From an uncultured Alphaproteobacteria bacterium (GTDB lineage: Bacteria; Pseudomonadota; Alphaproteobacteria; Rhizobiales; Methyloligellaceae), in NCBI GenBank assembly GCA_964194535.1, contig CAXMMX010000069.1, positions 1 to 49,598 on the forward strand: 49,598 nt of DNA, written 5' to 3'. The notes under the pieces were generated by a model that had not been told where the DNA came from, ran no database searches, and saw nothing but the letters and a program-made list of their open reading frames with translations. Each line of letters opens with the position of its first letter. Position 1 is the first letter of the stretch. A program made the position numbers and the translations under genes. This document shows, one piece after another, positions 8,167-18,034 of the stretch.

Positions 8167-10092
8167 ATGAAAAACATGGCAAAGCAGAACAGCACCGAAA
8201 ACAAGAGTGACAGCAACACCGAATTCGGTTTTCAGGCCGAGGTGGCCCGGCTGCTCCACCTGATGGTTCACTCCGTTTATTCGGAGAAGGAAATCTTCCT
8301 GCGCGAGCTAGTCTCGAATGGCGCGGACGCCTGCGACAAGCTTCGCTATGAGGCCATTGCCAAGCCCGAACTTCTGGCTGATGATGCCGGTTTACGCCTC
8401 ACCATTTCAGCGGATGAACAGAACAAGACGCTCAACATCGCCGATAATGGCACTGGCATGAGCCGGGCCGAGCTTATTGACAATCTCGGCATCATCGCGC
8501 GTTCGGGAACCAAGGCGTTTCTGGCCGCGGCCGAGAAAAAGGGCGGCGATGCCCGTACGGCGATCGGCCAGTTCGGCGTGGGATTTTATTCGGCTTTCAT
8601 GGTCGCCAGCCGCATCGAGGTCATAAGCCGCAAGGCAGGCTCGAAATCGGTACATGTGTGGTCGTCGGACGGTATCAGCGGGTTCGATGTCGCCAAGGCG
8701 CCGAAGGCCCAGGCCGACGCCCTGCCGCGCGGCACCATGGTGACGCTGCACCTCAAGGATGATGCTCTCGACTATCTCAAGGAACCCGAGCTGGAACGCA
8801 TCATCCGCGCCTATTCGGACCACATCCCGTTCCACATCGATTTTTTGAGCCTGAAGGACGGCAAGCAAGAGCGCCGCCAGCTGAACAGCGCCAGCGCGCT
8901 TTGGACACGGCCAAAGGCTGATATTTCCGAAGATCAATACAAGGAATTCTATCACCATGCCGGGGGTCTGTATGACACGCCGGCGATTACCATCCACTAC
9001 AAGGCGGAAGGCCGCCACGAATACACCGTGCTGCTGTTTGTGCCCACCATGCCGCCATTCGATCTGTATGAACCGGCACGGGCAGGGCGCGTGCGGCTTT
9101 ATGTGCGGCGCATCTTTATCACTGACGATGCTGACATTCTGCCCGCCTATTTGCGCTTTGTGCGCGGCATCGTGGATTCAGAAGACATCCCCCTCAACGT
9201 GTCGCGCGAGATGCTGCAAAACAATCCGATCGTTGCATCAATCCGCAAGGCGGTGACCAACCGGGTGCTCGCAGATATCAAGGCGCTTGCCAAAAAAGAC
9301 AAGGACAAATTCGAGACCATATGGACTGCAATTGGCGCGGTGCTGAAGGAGGGGCTCTATGAGGATATGGAGCGGCGCGACCCGCTGTTCGAGATTACTC
9401 TGTTCCATACAACAAAGGGGGATGAATGGCGCACTCTCAAAGACTATGTCGCGGATATGCGGCCCAACCAGAACGCGATTTACTATCTGGCGGGCGAGTC
9501 ACACGAACAGGTCAGGGCCAGCCCGCAGCTTGAGGGTTTTGCCGCGCGCGGGATTGAGGTTCTGCTGCTGAGCGATCCGGTAGACAATTTCTGGGTTACG
9601 ACCGCATTGGGTTTCGATGGCAAGTCGTTCCAGTCCATCACCCAGGGAGACATCGATCTTTCCGCCATAGATCTGCTGGAGGAGGAGAAGGGCAAAAAAG
9701 AAGAAGACAAAGCCGCGCCCGAGACCGCCAATCTCATTGGGCGGCTTAAAACGCTGTTCGCCGATGAGCTCTCCGATGTGCGCGCGTCTGCAAGGCTCGT
9801 GGATAGCCCGGCCTGCCTGGTGGCGCCTAAAGGCGGCCCGGACCGGGGCTTGGGAAAATTCCTCGATAAGCAGACGGGCAAGGGCAATGTCATGCCGGTG
9901 CTGGAAATCAACCCGTCCCATGCACTGGTCAAGGCGCTATCGAGTGCGGGCAAGGGAAAGAAGCCGAACGCGTTCGATGATCTGGCGTGGATGCTGCTCG
10001 ATCAGGCCCGTATTCTGGAAGGCGCGCTGCCGGCCGATCCGGCGAAATTCGCCGAGCGGCTCAACAAGATGGTGCTGGGCGGGCTTAAATAG
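8167..10092 (+). CDS. htpG: molecular chaperone HtpG (Hsp90)
   Basis: 641 aa. GHKL ATPase N-terminus (FQAEVARLLHLMVHSVYSEKEIFLRELVSNGADACDKLR) and full-length Hsp90 architecture. Confidence 0.95.
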   Translation: MKNMAKQNSTENKSDSNTEFGFQAEVARLLHLMVHSVYSEKEIFLRELVSNGADACDKLRYEAIAKPELLADDAGLRLTISADEQNKTLNIADNGTGMSRAELIDNLGIIARSGTKAFLAAAEKKGGDARTAIGQFGVGFYSAFMVASRIEVISRKAGSKSVHVWSSDGISGFDVAKAPKAQADALPRGTMVTLHLKDDALDYLKEPELERIIRAYSDHIPFHIDFLSLKDGKQERRQLNSASALWTRPKADISEDQYKEFYHHAGGLYDTPAITIHYKAEGRHEYTVLLFVPTMPPFDLYEPARAGRVRLYVRRIFITDDADILPAYLRFVRGIVDSEDIPLNVSREMLQNNPIVASIRKAVTNRVLADIKALAKKDKDKFETIWTAIGAVLKEGLYEDMERRDPLFEITLFHTTKGDEWRTLKDYVADMRPNQNAIYYLAGESHEQVRASPQLEGFAARGIEVLLLSDPVDNFWVTTALGFDGKSFQSITQGDIDLSAIDLLEEEKGKKEEDKAAPETANLIGRLKTLFADELSDVRASARLVDSPACLVAPKGGPDRGLGKFLDKQTGKGNVMPVLEINPSHALVKALSSAGKGKKPNAFDDLAWMLLDQARILEGALPADPAKFAERLNKMVLGGLK

Positions 10093-10131
10093 TTAAGTAA
10101 GCGGAGGCAAGGCCGTATAGCCGGTTTGTTT

Positions 10132-10349
10132 TCGCTCACGGCTGTTCCGCTTCGCGGGCCTGCGCGGGCGCGGCCTAACGGCCGGGCCTCAATGGCCTGC
10201 CGCGCTACACGCGGATTGGCGCAATACGGCAAAGCTGTCCCGTTTTACCTCCGGACCCGAGCATCGCGAGGCAAGGCCGAACGGCCGCCGCGCCTTATGG
10301 CGCGCGCCCGCGCGCCGGCCCTGCCGAAGGCAGGAACAGCCGTGAGCGA
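10132..10349. repeat. long imperfect palindrome (REP/MITE-like) between convergent htpG and the DUF1223 gene
   Basis: Perfect 17-bp arms TCGCTCACGGCTGTTCC (10132-10148) and GGAACAGCCGTGAGCGA (10333-10349). Pairing continues inward (CTTCG/CGAAG, GGGCC/GGCCC, GCGCGGGCGCG/CGCGCCCGCGC) to about 45 bp per arm. Confidence 0.7.
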
Positions 10350-10358
10350 TAAAAGAGT

Positions 10359-11120
10359 TTACCAGTTTATCATCTCGACTGCGGCCAGAACGGGGCCTGC
10401 CATATCCTCCTGCAGCAGAACCGTGCAGCCGTCCGTATCGCTGTTTTGGAGATGCTCCTTGGGCAGTTTGATCGAGACTTTCTCACCCTTCCAGTGCCCG
10501 ATGGGCGTCAAGTGGCGCACCACGCGGTGATAGGTGATGGTCCGGCCTCTGTTCTCACCCCTGGTGATCTTGACCGCCTGCGATTTCTTCACCAGAGCGA
10601 GCCAGATGGTGGCCGGCTTGATGCGCTCCCCTTCAGGCGCCGCGCCAGCGGTAATGATCAGGGTGTCGCCCTCGGTGTGCATCGTCAACTCTACACGTGC
10701 ATTTTTAAGCTTTTTCCTGGATCTGGAGATGGCGCGCGTGATGGCCGACGCATGGCTGCCGACTTCGTGAGAGGAACCATCAATAACCACTTGCGGGGTG
10801 TAAACCTGGCCATCGCCCCGCGCCTTGGCATAGGCGCGCTGGCGGGCGCTGTAGGCAGGGCTGGCAAGGGTGTCCTTCCAGCCCAGATAATCCCAGTAAT
10901 CGACCGGGAAAGTCAGCGCGATGACGTCACTGCGTTCGGCCAGCTTACCCAGAAGCTTGTCCGCCGGTGGGCAGGAAGAGCAGCCCTGACTGGTATAGAG
11001 TTCGATCATAGCCTTGGCTTGCGGGCCAGACCAGGCTTGATCGGTTGCAGCGGCAATGCCGCCAGCCAGCACCATGGCTGCACCAAGCCCGAAGGCTATC
11101 TTTCTCAGCATCTGAAACAT
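10359..11120 (-). CDS. DUF1223-family secreted thioredoxin-fold protein
   Basis: Signal peptide, CSSCPPAD motif, and FPVDYWDYLGWKD block typical of DUF1223. Confidence 0.8.
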   Translation of the reverse strand: MFQMLRKIAFGLGAAMVLAGGIAAATDQAWSGPQAKAMIELYTSQGCSSCPPADKLLGKLAERSDVIALTFPVDYWDYLGWKDTLASPAYSARQRAYAKARGDGQVYTPQVVIDGSSHEVGSHASAITRAISRSRKKLKNARVELTMHTEGDTLIITAGAAPEGERIKPATIWLALVKKSQAVKITRGENRGRTITYHRVVRHLTPIGHWKGEKVSIKLPKEHLQNSDTDGCTVLLQEDMAGPVLAAVEMINW

Positions 11121-11281
11121 CCGAGATCCTGTCGCTCGCTGTCCGCCAGTATCGGCTTATGGGATTATCCGTAGAGTATCTGGGTTCCCAATTTCAAATG
11201 CCAGTAACGACTGGGTGAGCGCTAAAGAGACACCTGTTACCAAATCAAACTACCTTCACCTTCAGGTAACATTGATCCAGA

Positions 11282-13993
11282 TCAGGCGGCCTTGGCCAGA
11301 TTACGCAGCACATAGGGTAAAATTCCGCCATTGCGATAATAGGCCAGCTCGTCCTCGGTATCGATGCGGCAGAGCAGTTGCACATCTTTCGCGCTTCCAT
11401 CAGCGAATGTGATTTTCGCTGTCATCATCTTCCCGGGCTCGATCGCTTCAAGCCCCTCGATGGTGACCTTTTCCGCGCCGGTGATGCCCAGCCCCTGCCA
11501 GGACTCCCCGCCCTCGAACTGCAGGGGGAGTACGCCCATGCCGACGAGGTTGGAGCGGTGGATGCGCTCAAACGATTCCACGATGACGGCACGAATGCCG
11601 AGCAGCAGAGTGCCCTTCGCCGCCCAGTCGCGGCTGGATCCGGTGCCGTATTCCTTGCCCGCGAACACGACCAGAGGCACGCCCTCGCTCTTGTAGCGCA
11701 TGGCCGCTTCGAACATCGAAATCTTGTCGCCCGAGGGATAATGAATTGTCACACCGCCCTCGGTGCCCACCACCATCTGGTTCTTGATGCGGACATTTCC
11801 GAAGGTGCCGCGCATCATCACATGGTGGTTGCCGCGCCGCGCGCCGAATGAATTGAACTCGACCGGTCTCACCTGATGCTCCACCAGATAGGACCCGGCG
11901 GGTCCGTTGGCCTGAATGGCGCCAGCGGGAGAAATATGGTCGGTGGTGATGGAATCCTGGAATAACCCGAGAACGCGCGCTTCGATAATATCGGTCACCG
12001 GGGCCGGTTCCATTTGCATGTCTTCGAAATAGGGCGGGTTCTTCACATAGGTCGACGTTTCGGGCCAGTCATAGGTTTTCTCGTCCGTCCCGCCGATCTT
12101 CTGCCAATGCTCATCGCCCTTGAACACATCGCCATAACGCGAGACAAACATCTCCGGCGTCACGCTGGAGCGGATCAGCTCGGAAATCTCAGCTGTAGAG
12201 GGCCAGATATCCTTGAGATAAACCGGGTTGCCTTGCCTGTCCTCCCCAAGGGGATCATTCACCAGATTGACATTCATCGACCCGGCAATGGCATAGGCGA
12301 CCACCAGCGGCGGTGAGGCCAGCCAGTTGGTTTTCACATTCGGATTGATGCGTCCTTCAAAATTCCGGTTGCCCGACAACACTGAAGCGACCACCAAATC
12401 GTTGTTCCCAATGGCCTCGGAGATTTCCTCGGGCAGCGGCCCGGAGTTACCGATACAGGTCGTGCAGCCATAGCCGACGAGATTGAACCCGAGCGCATCA
12501 AGCTCTCCCTGCAGCCCGGCCCGCTCAAGATAGTCGGTCACCACCTGAGAGCCCGGGGCGAACGATGTGCGCACCCAGGGCTTCACCTTCAGCCCCCTGG
12601 CGTGGGCGTTGCGGGCAACCAGCCCGGCGGCGATCAGCACGGCCGGATTTGAAGTGTTGGTGCAGGACGTGATGGCGGCAATGACAACATCGCCATTGCC
12701 CAGATCATGGTTGCGCCCCTCGACGCCGACCCGCTTGTCCGCGCCGCCGGTGCCGGCAAATTCGCTATCCATGACTTTTGCAAAGCCCTGCGAGGCGTCT
12801 TTCAGCGCAACCCGGTCCTGCGGGCGTTTGGGCCCGGCGATGGAGGGCTCAACCGTGCTCAGATCGAGCCCCAGCGTGTCGGTGAACACCGGATCGGGCG
12901 TATCGTTGGCGCGCCACATGCCTTGTGCCTTTGCATAGGCCTCAACCAACGCAATACGTTCCGGCTCGCGGCCGGTTGCTTTCAGATAGGCAATGGAATC
13001 ACTGTCGATGGGGAAGAAGCCGCAGGTCGCGCCATATTCCGGCGCCATGTTGGCGATGGTTGCCTGATCCTCAAGGCTGAGATGATCGAGGCCCGGCCCG
13101 TAGAATTCAACGAATTTTCCAACCACGCCGCGCGCGCGCAACAATTGCACGACCGTCAGCACGAGGTCCGTCGCGGTGATGCCTTCGGGCAGCTCGCCTT
13201 CAAGGCGGAAGCCGACGACCTCGGGGAACAGCATCGAGATGGGCTGGCCCAGCATGGCCGCTTCCGCTTCAATGCCGCCAACGCCCCACCCGAGCACGGA
13301 CAGCGCGTTGATCATCGTTGTGTGACTGTCGGTGCCAACCAGCGTGTCGGGATATGCGTATGTCACTTTTTTGCCGTCCTCATCGACCTCTTTGGTCCAG
13401 ACTGTCTGAGCGAGATATTCGAGATTCACTTGGTGGCAAATGCCGGTGCCGGGTGGCACCACGCGGAAATTATCGAACGCACCCGCCCCCCAGCGCAGGA
13501 AGGAATAGCGTTCCTGATTGCGCTCATATTCCTTGTCGACATTGAGCTTGAAGGCATCGCCGGTGCCGAAGAAGTCCACCATCACCGAGTGGTCTATGAC
13601 CAGATCAACCGGCACCAGCGGATTGATCTTCGCCGCATCGCCGCCCAGGGCCACCATGGCGTCACGCATGGCGGTAAGATCCACCACCGCCGGAACGCCG
13701 GTGAAATCCTGCATCAGCACGCGCGCCGGGCGATAGGCGATTTCCTGTTTGGACGATTTGGTTTTCAGCCAATCAGCGCACGCGCGTATATCGTCCGCGG
13801 TGACCGATGAGCCGTCTTCATGGCGCAGCAGGTTCTCCAGCAGAACCTTGAGTGAAAAGGGCAGTCTGGAGATGCCGTCAAGGCCATTCTTTTCTGCCTC
13901 GGGCAGAGAGAAATAGTCGTAGGATTTACCGCCAACCTCAAGGGTCTGGCGGCATTTAAAACTGTCAAGCGAATGGGATTCGTGCGCGCTCAC
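11282..13993 (-). CDS. acnA: aconitate hydratase A
   Basis: 903 aa, with Fe-S ligand motifs [10 protein letters not shown] and [15 protein letters not shown] start preceded by AGGAGG. Confidence 0.95.
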   Translation of the reverse strand: MSAHESHSLDSFKCRQTLEVGGKSYDYFSLPEAEKNGLDGISRLPFSLKVLLENLLRHEDGSSVTADDIRACADWLKTKSSKQEIAYRPARVLMQDFTGVPAVVDLTAMRDAMVALGGDAAKINPLVPVDLVIDHSVMVDFFGTGDAFKLNVDKEYERNQERYSFLRWGAGAFDNFRVVPPGTGICHQVNLEYLAQTVWTKEVDEDGKKVTYAYPDTLVGTDSHTTMINALSVLGWGVGGIEAEAAMLGQPISMLFPEVVGFRLEGELPEGITATDLVLTVVQLLRARGVVGKFVEFYGPGLDHLSLEDQATIANMAPEYGATCGFFPIDSDSIAYLKATGREPERIALVEAYAKAQGMWRANDTPDPVFTDTLGLDLSTVEPSIAGPKRPQDRVALKDASQGFAKVMDSEFAGTGGADKRVGVEGRNHDLGNGDVVIAAITSCTNTSNPAVLIAAGLVARNAHARGLKVKPWVRTSFAPGSQVVTDYLERAGLQGELDALGFNLVGYGCTTCIGNSGPLPEEISEAIGNNDLVVASVLSGNRNFEGRINPNVKTNWLASPPLVVAYAIAGSMNVNLVNDPLGEDRQGNPVYLKDIWPSTAEISELIRSSVTPEMFVSRYGDVFKGDEHWQKIGGTDEKTYDWPETSTYVKNPPYFEDMQMEPAPVTDIIEARVLGLFQDSITTDHISPAGAIQANGPAGSYLVEHQVRPVEFNSFGARRGNHHVMMRGTFGNVRIKNQMVVGTEGGVTIHYPSGDKISMFEAAMRYKSEGVPLVVFAGKEYGTGSSRDWAAKGTLLLGIRAVIVESFERIHRSNLVGMGVLPLQFEGGESWQGLGITGAEKVTIEGLEAIEPGKMMTAKITFADGSAKDVQLLCRIDTEDELAYYRNGGILPYVLRNLAKAA

Positions 13994-14289
13994 GGGGCAG
14001 CCTCCTATTAAGTTCGAATTGCCAAGGGTCCGGACCCTGAGCCCGCGCCGCCGGTGTGCCGACGGAAGGTCTGGTGCTCTTCAATGCCGTTCCGGACAGC
14101 TATTCCGGCCCCTTCTGCCGCTTTCGCGACAGATGCACTGGGAACACCCCGTTTTTGCGCTGGCGTGTTATGAGACCTGACTTAATATATTGAGAGCCAC
14201 TGCTCAAGTCCCGTCACAGACATATTTCCCGGTCGTGTTTGGAATTGTAGTGTTTTTTTCTGATGCACCAACACGCAGAAACCATGCCC

Positions 14290-14895
14290 ATGAAACTAAA
14301 CGTTCAAGACCTGAGATGCGTGCGTGGCGGCCGAGTTGTGTTCGACGGGCTATGCGTCAACGTAAAAAGCGGGAACGGCGTTGAACTTACGGGGCCGAAT
14401 GGCTCGGGTAAAACGAGCCTGTTGCGCGTACTGGCAGGATTTATCCCTCCAGCGGCGGGCCGCATTCGCCTTGAGGGCGGGGACGAAGACGCCTCGCTCG
14501 GGGAGCAGTGCCACTTTGTGGGTCATCTCAACGGCGTAATGCGTGCGCTGAGCGTGCAGGAAAACCTCGCCTTCTGGGCGCAGTATCTCGGCGGGAGGGA
14601 CGTCAATCATGCGCTCGCGGCATTCGATCTGGAAAACCTGACCCACATCCCCGCGGGAATGTTGTCGGCAGGCCAGGCGCGGCGGCTCGGGCTGGCCCGC
14701 CTTGCGCTGGTATACAGGCCGCTGTGGCTGCTCGATGAGCCTTCGGTGTCGCTCGATGCAGATTCGCGGAAAATTCTCTCCAAAGCCATCAACGCGCACA
14801 TAAAAGCGGGTGGCATGGTCATCGCCGCGACTCACACGCCACTCGGCGTCAAATTCGCGCAAACCCTGAAACTGGACGCCGGGGGCCGGCAATGA
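14290..14895 (+). CDS. ccmA: heme exporter ATP-binding protein CcmA
   Basis: Walker A GPNGSGKTS. N-terminus MKLNVQDLRCVRGGR resembles CcmA/CycV. In-frame alternative starts at 14263 and 14284. The stop overlaps the ccmB start. Confidence 0.85.
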   Translation: MKLNVQDLRCVRGGRVVFDGLCVNVKSGNGVELTGPNGSGKTSLLRVLAGFIPPAAGRIRLEGGDEDASLGEQCHFVGHLNGVMRALSVQENLAFWAQYLGGRDVNHALAAFDLENLTHIPAGMLSAGQARRLGLARLALVYRPLWLLDEPSVSLDADSRKILSKAINAHIKAGGMVIAATHTPLGVKFAQTLKLDAGGRQ

Positions 14896-15560
14896 ACGCT
14901 TTCATGAGCCTGATGGCGCGTGATTTGCGGCTCGCCTGGCGTGAGGGCGGGACAATTTCCACCGCGCTGGGCTTTTATCTCGTTGTCGTGGCCATCCTGC
15001 CACTGGGGCTTGGGCCGGATCTCAATCTGCTCGCGCGCATTGCGCCCGGCTTGTTGTGGGTGGCGCTGCTGCTCGCCGCACTTCTTTCCGTTGACCGTAT
15101 TTTTCACAACGATCATGAGGACGGGACATTGGAGCTCATCGCACTGGGGCCGCTCCCGCTTGAACTGGTGGTGACCGCAAAAGCTTTGGCGCACTGGATA
15201 TCAATCGGCATACCGCTCACCCTCGCAGCGCCCATTCTCGCGCTGCTGCTCAATCTTCCCGCGGATGCGTTCTGGGTTCTGGTGCTCACCATGGCGACGG
15301 GCACGCCGGCGATCAGTTTCCTCGGCGCGCTCGGCGCGGCTCTCACGCTTGGGCTGGGGCGCGGCGGGCTGCTGCTGGCGCTGCTCATCCTGCCGCTCTA
15401 TGTGCCCGTGCTTATTTTTGGTGTTGCGGCCATGAACGCAGTGATCACCGGCCCCGCGCCATTTCTGCCGCCCTACCTGATATTGTGTGCGATCACACTG
15501 GCGACGCTGGTTCTGTCGCCCGTTGCAGCGGCGGCGGCACTCAGAATTAATCTGAATTGA
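14892..15560 (+). CDS. ccmB: heme exporter permease CcmB
   Basis: 222-aa six-helix membrane protein directly coupled to ccmA (ATGA overlap). Confidence 0.9.
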   Translation: MNAFMSLMARDLRLAWREGGTISTALGFYLVVVAILPLGLGPDLNLLARIAPGLLWVALLLAALLSVDRIFHNDHEDGTLELIALGPLPLELVVTAKALAHWISIGIPLTLAAPILALLLNLPADAFWVLVLTMATGTPAISFLGALGAALTLGLGRGGLLLALLILPLYVPVLIFGVAAMNAVITGPAPFLPPYLILCAITLATLVLSPVAAAAALRINLN

Positions 15561-15597
15561 CTTTCATCAATACCGTCATTGTGAAGCTTTGTTATAA

Positions 15598-15658
15598 GGG
15601 TCCAGACTCATTAATGTTATCCATTGTGCGCGGTGGATAACATTAATGAGTCCGACCC
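15598..15658. mobile_element. 61-bp MITE-like palindromic element flanked by TAA direct repeats
   Basis: Left arm GGGTCCAGACTCATTAATGTTATCCA (15598-15623) against the reverse complement of the right arm, GGGTCGGACTCATTAATGTTATCCA (15634-15658). The inner 19 bp are perfect and the centre is 10 nt. TAA lies at 15595-15597 and 15659-15661. The element is AT-rich in a GC-rich context. Confidence 0.5.
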
Positions 15659-15705
15659 TAATATCTCCGATTGCACCGGACCGCGACCATTAGTAGATAT
15701 ATTCC

Positions 15706-16473
15706 ATGACCGAGACAGAAGGCTTTTTCAACCGGCTGGCGAACCCCACCCGCTTCATGGCGCTTGTAGGCGCGGTGCTGCCCTGGCTCACGGGTTTGAC
15801 GGTTGTGCTGTTTCTGGCCGGGCTTTATCTCGCTTTTTTTGTGGCCCCGGAAGATTACCAGCAGGGCCACACGGTGAAGATCATGTTCATACACGTGCCC
15901 TTCGCCTGGCTCTCGATGATGGGATACTCGGTAATCACAATCGCCAGTATCGGCTCGCTCATCTGGCGTCACCCGATGGCGGACGTGGCGGCCAAGACAG
16001 CAGCCCCCATCGGCGCCAGCTTCACCCTGCTGGCGCTGGTGACCGGTTCGCTCTGGGGCAAACCCATGTGGGGGACATACTGGGTATGGGACGCGCGTCT
16101 CACCTCCGTCCTGCTGCTGTTTTTTCTCTATCTCGGGCTGATGGTCCTGTGGCAGGCGATTGAGGAACCCTCGCGCGCCGGGCGCACGGCAGCAATCCTA
16201 GCAATCGTCGGTTCGGTGAACTTGCCGGTCATCAAATTCTCCGTCGACTGGTGGAACACGCTGCACCAGCCGGCCTCGGTCGTAAAACTCGGCGGCCCTG
16301 CCATTCATTCCTCCCTGCTCACCCCGCTGCTGATCATGGCGGCGGCATTTACCTGCCTTTTCTTTGTTCTGCATCTGATGGCGATGCGCACCGAAGTGCT
16401 GCGCCGCCGTGTTCAGGCCCTGCGGCTGACCCATGTCGACACGGCGGGTATAAAAGAAGGCGCGCGCGCATGA
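15706..16473 (+). CDS. ccmC: heme lyase/transport protein CcmC
   Basis: WWD motif WGKPMWGTYWVWDARLTS and a six-helix layout. Confidence 0.9.
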   Translation: MTETEGFFNRLANPTRFMALVGAVLPWLTGLTVVLFLAGLYLAFFVAPEDYQQGHTVKIMFIHVPFAWLSMMGYSVITIASIGSLIWRHPMADVAAKTAAPIGASFTLLALVTGSLWGKPMWGTYWVWDARLTSVLLLFFLYLGLMVLWQAIEEPSRAGRTAAILAIVGSVNLPVIKFSVDWWNTLHQPASVVKLGGPAIHSSLLTPLLIMAAAFTCLFFVLHLMAMRTEVLRRRVQALRLTHVDTAGIKEGARA

Positions 16474-16682
16474 GTGCCCTGTTTGAGCTTGGTCCCCATA
16501 CCGGATTTATCTGGATGGCGTATGGCATCTCGGCGCTTGTGCTGGCCGGGCTTATTGGCTGGATTCGCATCGACGCCAGGAACCAGATGCAGCTGCTGGC
16601 CGAGCTGGAACACAAGGGCATCCACCGCCGTTCCGCCCCGGCCAGGGGATCGCAAGGCGAAAAATCCTCAAAACAAACATGA
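16470..16682 (+). CDS. ccmD: heme exporter protein CcmD
   Basis: 70-aa single-helix protein (MSALFELGPHTGFIWMAYGISALVLAGLIGWI...). ATGA overlaps on both sides, with ccmC and ccmG. Confidence 0.75.
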   Translation: MSALFELGPHTGFIWMAYGISALVLAGLIGWIRIDARNQMQLLAELEHKGIHRRSAPARGSQGEKSSKQT

Positions 16683-17278
16683 GCGCACCTGAAAATAATC
16701 AACGAATGCCGCAGTCTGGATTTTCATGGGGAATGGCCCTGCCGCTGGTCATTTTCATGGGTCTGGCGGGGCTGTTTTTTTTCGGACTGCAAAGTGGTGA
16801 TCCATCGAGATTGCCATCGGCCCTGATCGGCAAGCATGTGCCCGTATTTGACCTACCCCCGCTTGAAGGTTTGAAAAATGGCGGGGCTCCCGTGCCCGGT
16901 CTTTCGAGCAAGGACCTGGCGCAGGGCGATGTCCGCATCTTGAATTTCTGGGCCTCCTGGTGCGCTCCGTGCCGCGAAGAGCACCCCTTCCTCGTACAGC
17001 TGGCGAAGCAGAGCAAAGCTCCGCTTACCGGCATCAACTACAAGGACCAGACCGCCGCGGCACGGCGATTTCTTGGGCGCTTCGGCAACCCGTTCGTCGC
17101 GGTCGGTGTCGATGCAAAAGGCATGACTGCTATTGAATGGGGGGTTGCGGGCATGCCCGAGACCTTCCTCGTCGGCGGCGACGGAACAATCCTCTTCAAG
17201 CATGTGGGGCCGATAAATGGCCAGATCATCGAGAAGCAGCTAATGCCTGCGATTAGAAAAGCACGCGCAGAGGGGTAA
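16679..17278 (+). CDS. ccmG: thiol:disulfide interchange protein CcmG/DsbE
   Basis: N-terminal anchor plus a thioredoxin fold with WASWCAPCREE. Confidence 0.9.
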   Translation: MSAPENNQRMPQSGFSWGMALPLVIFMGLAGLFFFGLQSGDPSRLPSALIGKHVPVFDLPPLEGLKNGGAPVPGLSSKDLAQGDVRILNFWASWCAPCREEHPFLVQLAKQSKAPLTGINYKDQTAAARRFLGRFGNPFVAVGVDAKGMTAIEWGVAGMPETFLVGGDGTILFKHVGPINGQIIEKQLMPAIRKARAEG

Positions 17279-17300
17279 ACCCCTCAGCTGAAGCTCAAGC

Positions 17301-17771
17301 TCAAGCGGGCTCTTCGCTGTTTGTTGCGGTCATGGCCCCGACAATGGCGCTGAGTGATTCCAGAAAATCCGCCCGCTTGGTCTCGGGCAGTGCCGAGAGC
17401 AAACGGGTATCGGCTTGATATGCCGCCGGTTGCGCCGCGCGCAGGGCATCGAAGCCCTCATCGGTCAGCTTGACCGCATAGACGCGCGCATCACGTTTGG
17501 TGCGGCGGCGGCGGATCAGACCTTTTTTCAGCATCCGGAGAATGATATCGGCCAGTGTGGAGCGATCGATGCCGGTGCGCTCGACCAGATCGGTCTGACT
17601 GAGGCCTTGTTGCTGAGAGATTGTCAGCAACACGGCGAACTGCCGGGGTGTCAGAGCGCCATTCACCACCTCCTCGGTGAAAAGATCGCCCGCGCACTGG
17701 CCCGCACGATGCAGCAAATGCATCGCCGAGTGATTTATCTCACCTCTGTTTTGTCCACCTTTAGGCACCAT
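17301..17771 (-). CDS. MarR-family transcriptional regulator
   Basis: Winged-helix block LTPRQFAVLLTISQQQGLSQTDLVERTGIDRSTLADIILRMLKKGLIRR. ATG at 17771. Confidence 0.85.
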   Translation of the reverse strand: MVPKGGQNRGEINHSAMHLLHRAGQCAGDLFTEEVVNGALTPRQFAVLLTISQQQGLSQTDLVERTGIDRSTLADIILRMLKKGLIRRRRTKRDARVYAVKLTDEGFDALRAAQPAAYQADTRLLSALPETKRADFLESLSAIVGAMTATNSEEPA

Positions 17772-17911
17772 GTCAGGCCTTCTCCCACAAGATAGGCGGA
17801 ACAAATGGTCTTGTCCCGAACCATCTAAAAATCCAGTCCACTGATTAATCCGCTAAGAAGGCGATAGGTCCAGTCACAATTGCTTGAAATGGGTCACAAA
17901 AAGTATTGTGG

Positions 17912-17926
17912 TTGAAAATATTTCAA
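17912..17926. promoter_or_regulatory. AT-rich palindrome TTGAAAATATTTCAA upstream of the MarR gene (possible operator)
   Basis: Perfect 6-bp arms around ATA, within a 230-bp AT-rich gap. The gap also holds two copies of CACTGATTAAT (17839-17849 and 17976-17986). Confidence 0.3.
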
Positions 17927-18034
17927 TGAAGGTCAAAATTATTTATTAAATTATACTAATTTGACTATATTAGTGCACTGATTAATTTCCTGTAATAAGA
18001 ATTCAGCGCGGTAGCGGCCGCATCAGCCCTGCGT

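Noticed and set aside
15605-15652. Reading the ccmB-ccmC palindrome as a DnaA box (GGTGGATAA against TGTGGATAA) or as Zur half-sites (AATGTTAT / ATAACATT).
   Set aside because: There is only a single near-match to a DnaA box and no cluster. The Zur-like half-sites are 16 nt apart instead of adjacent. The terminal-repeat plus TAA-duplication architecture explains the sequence better.
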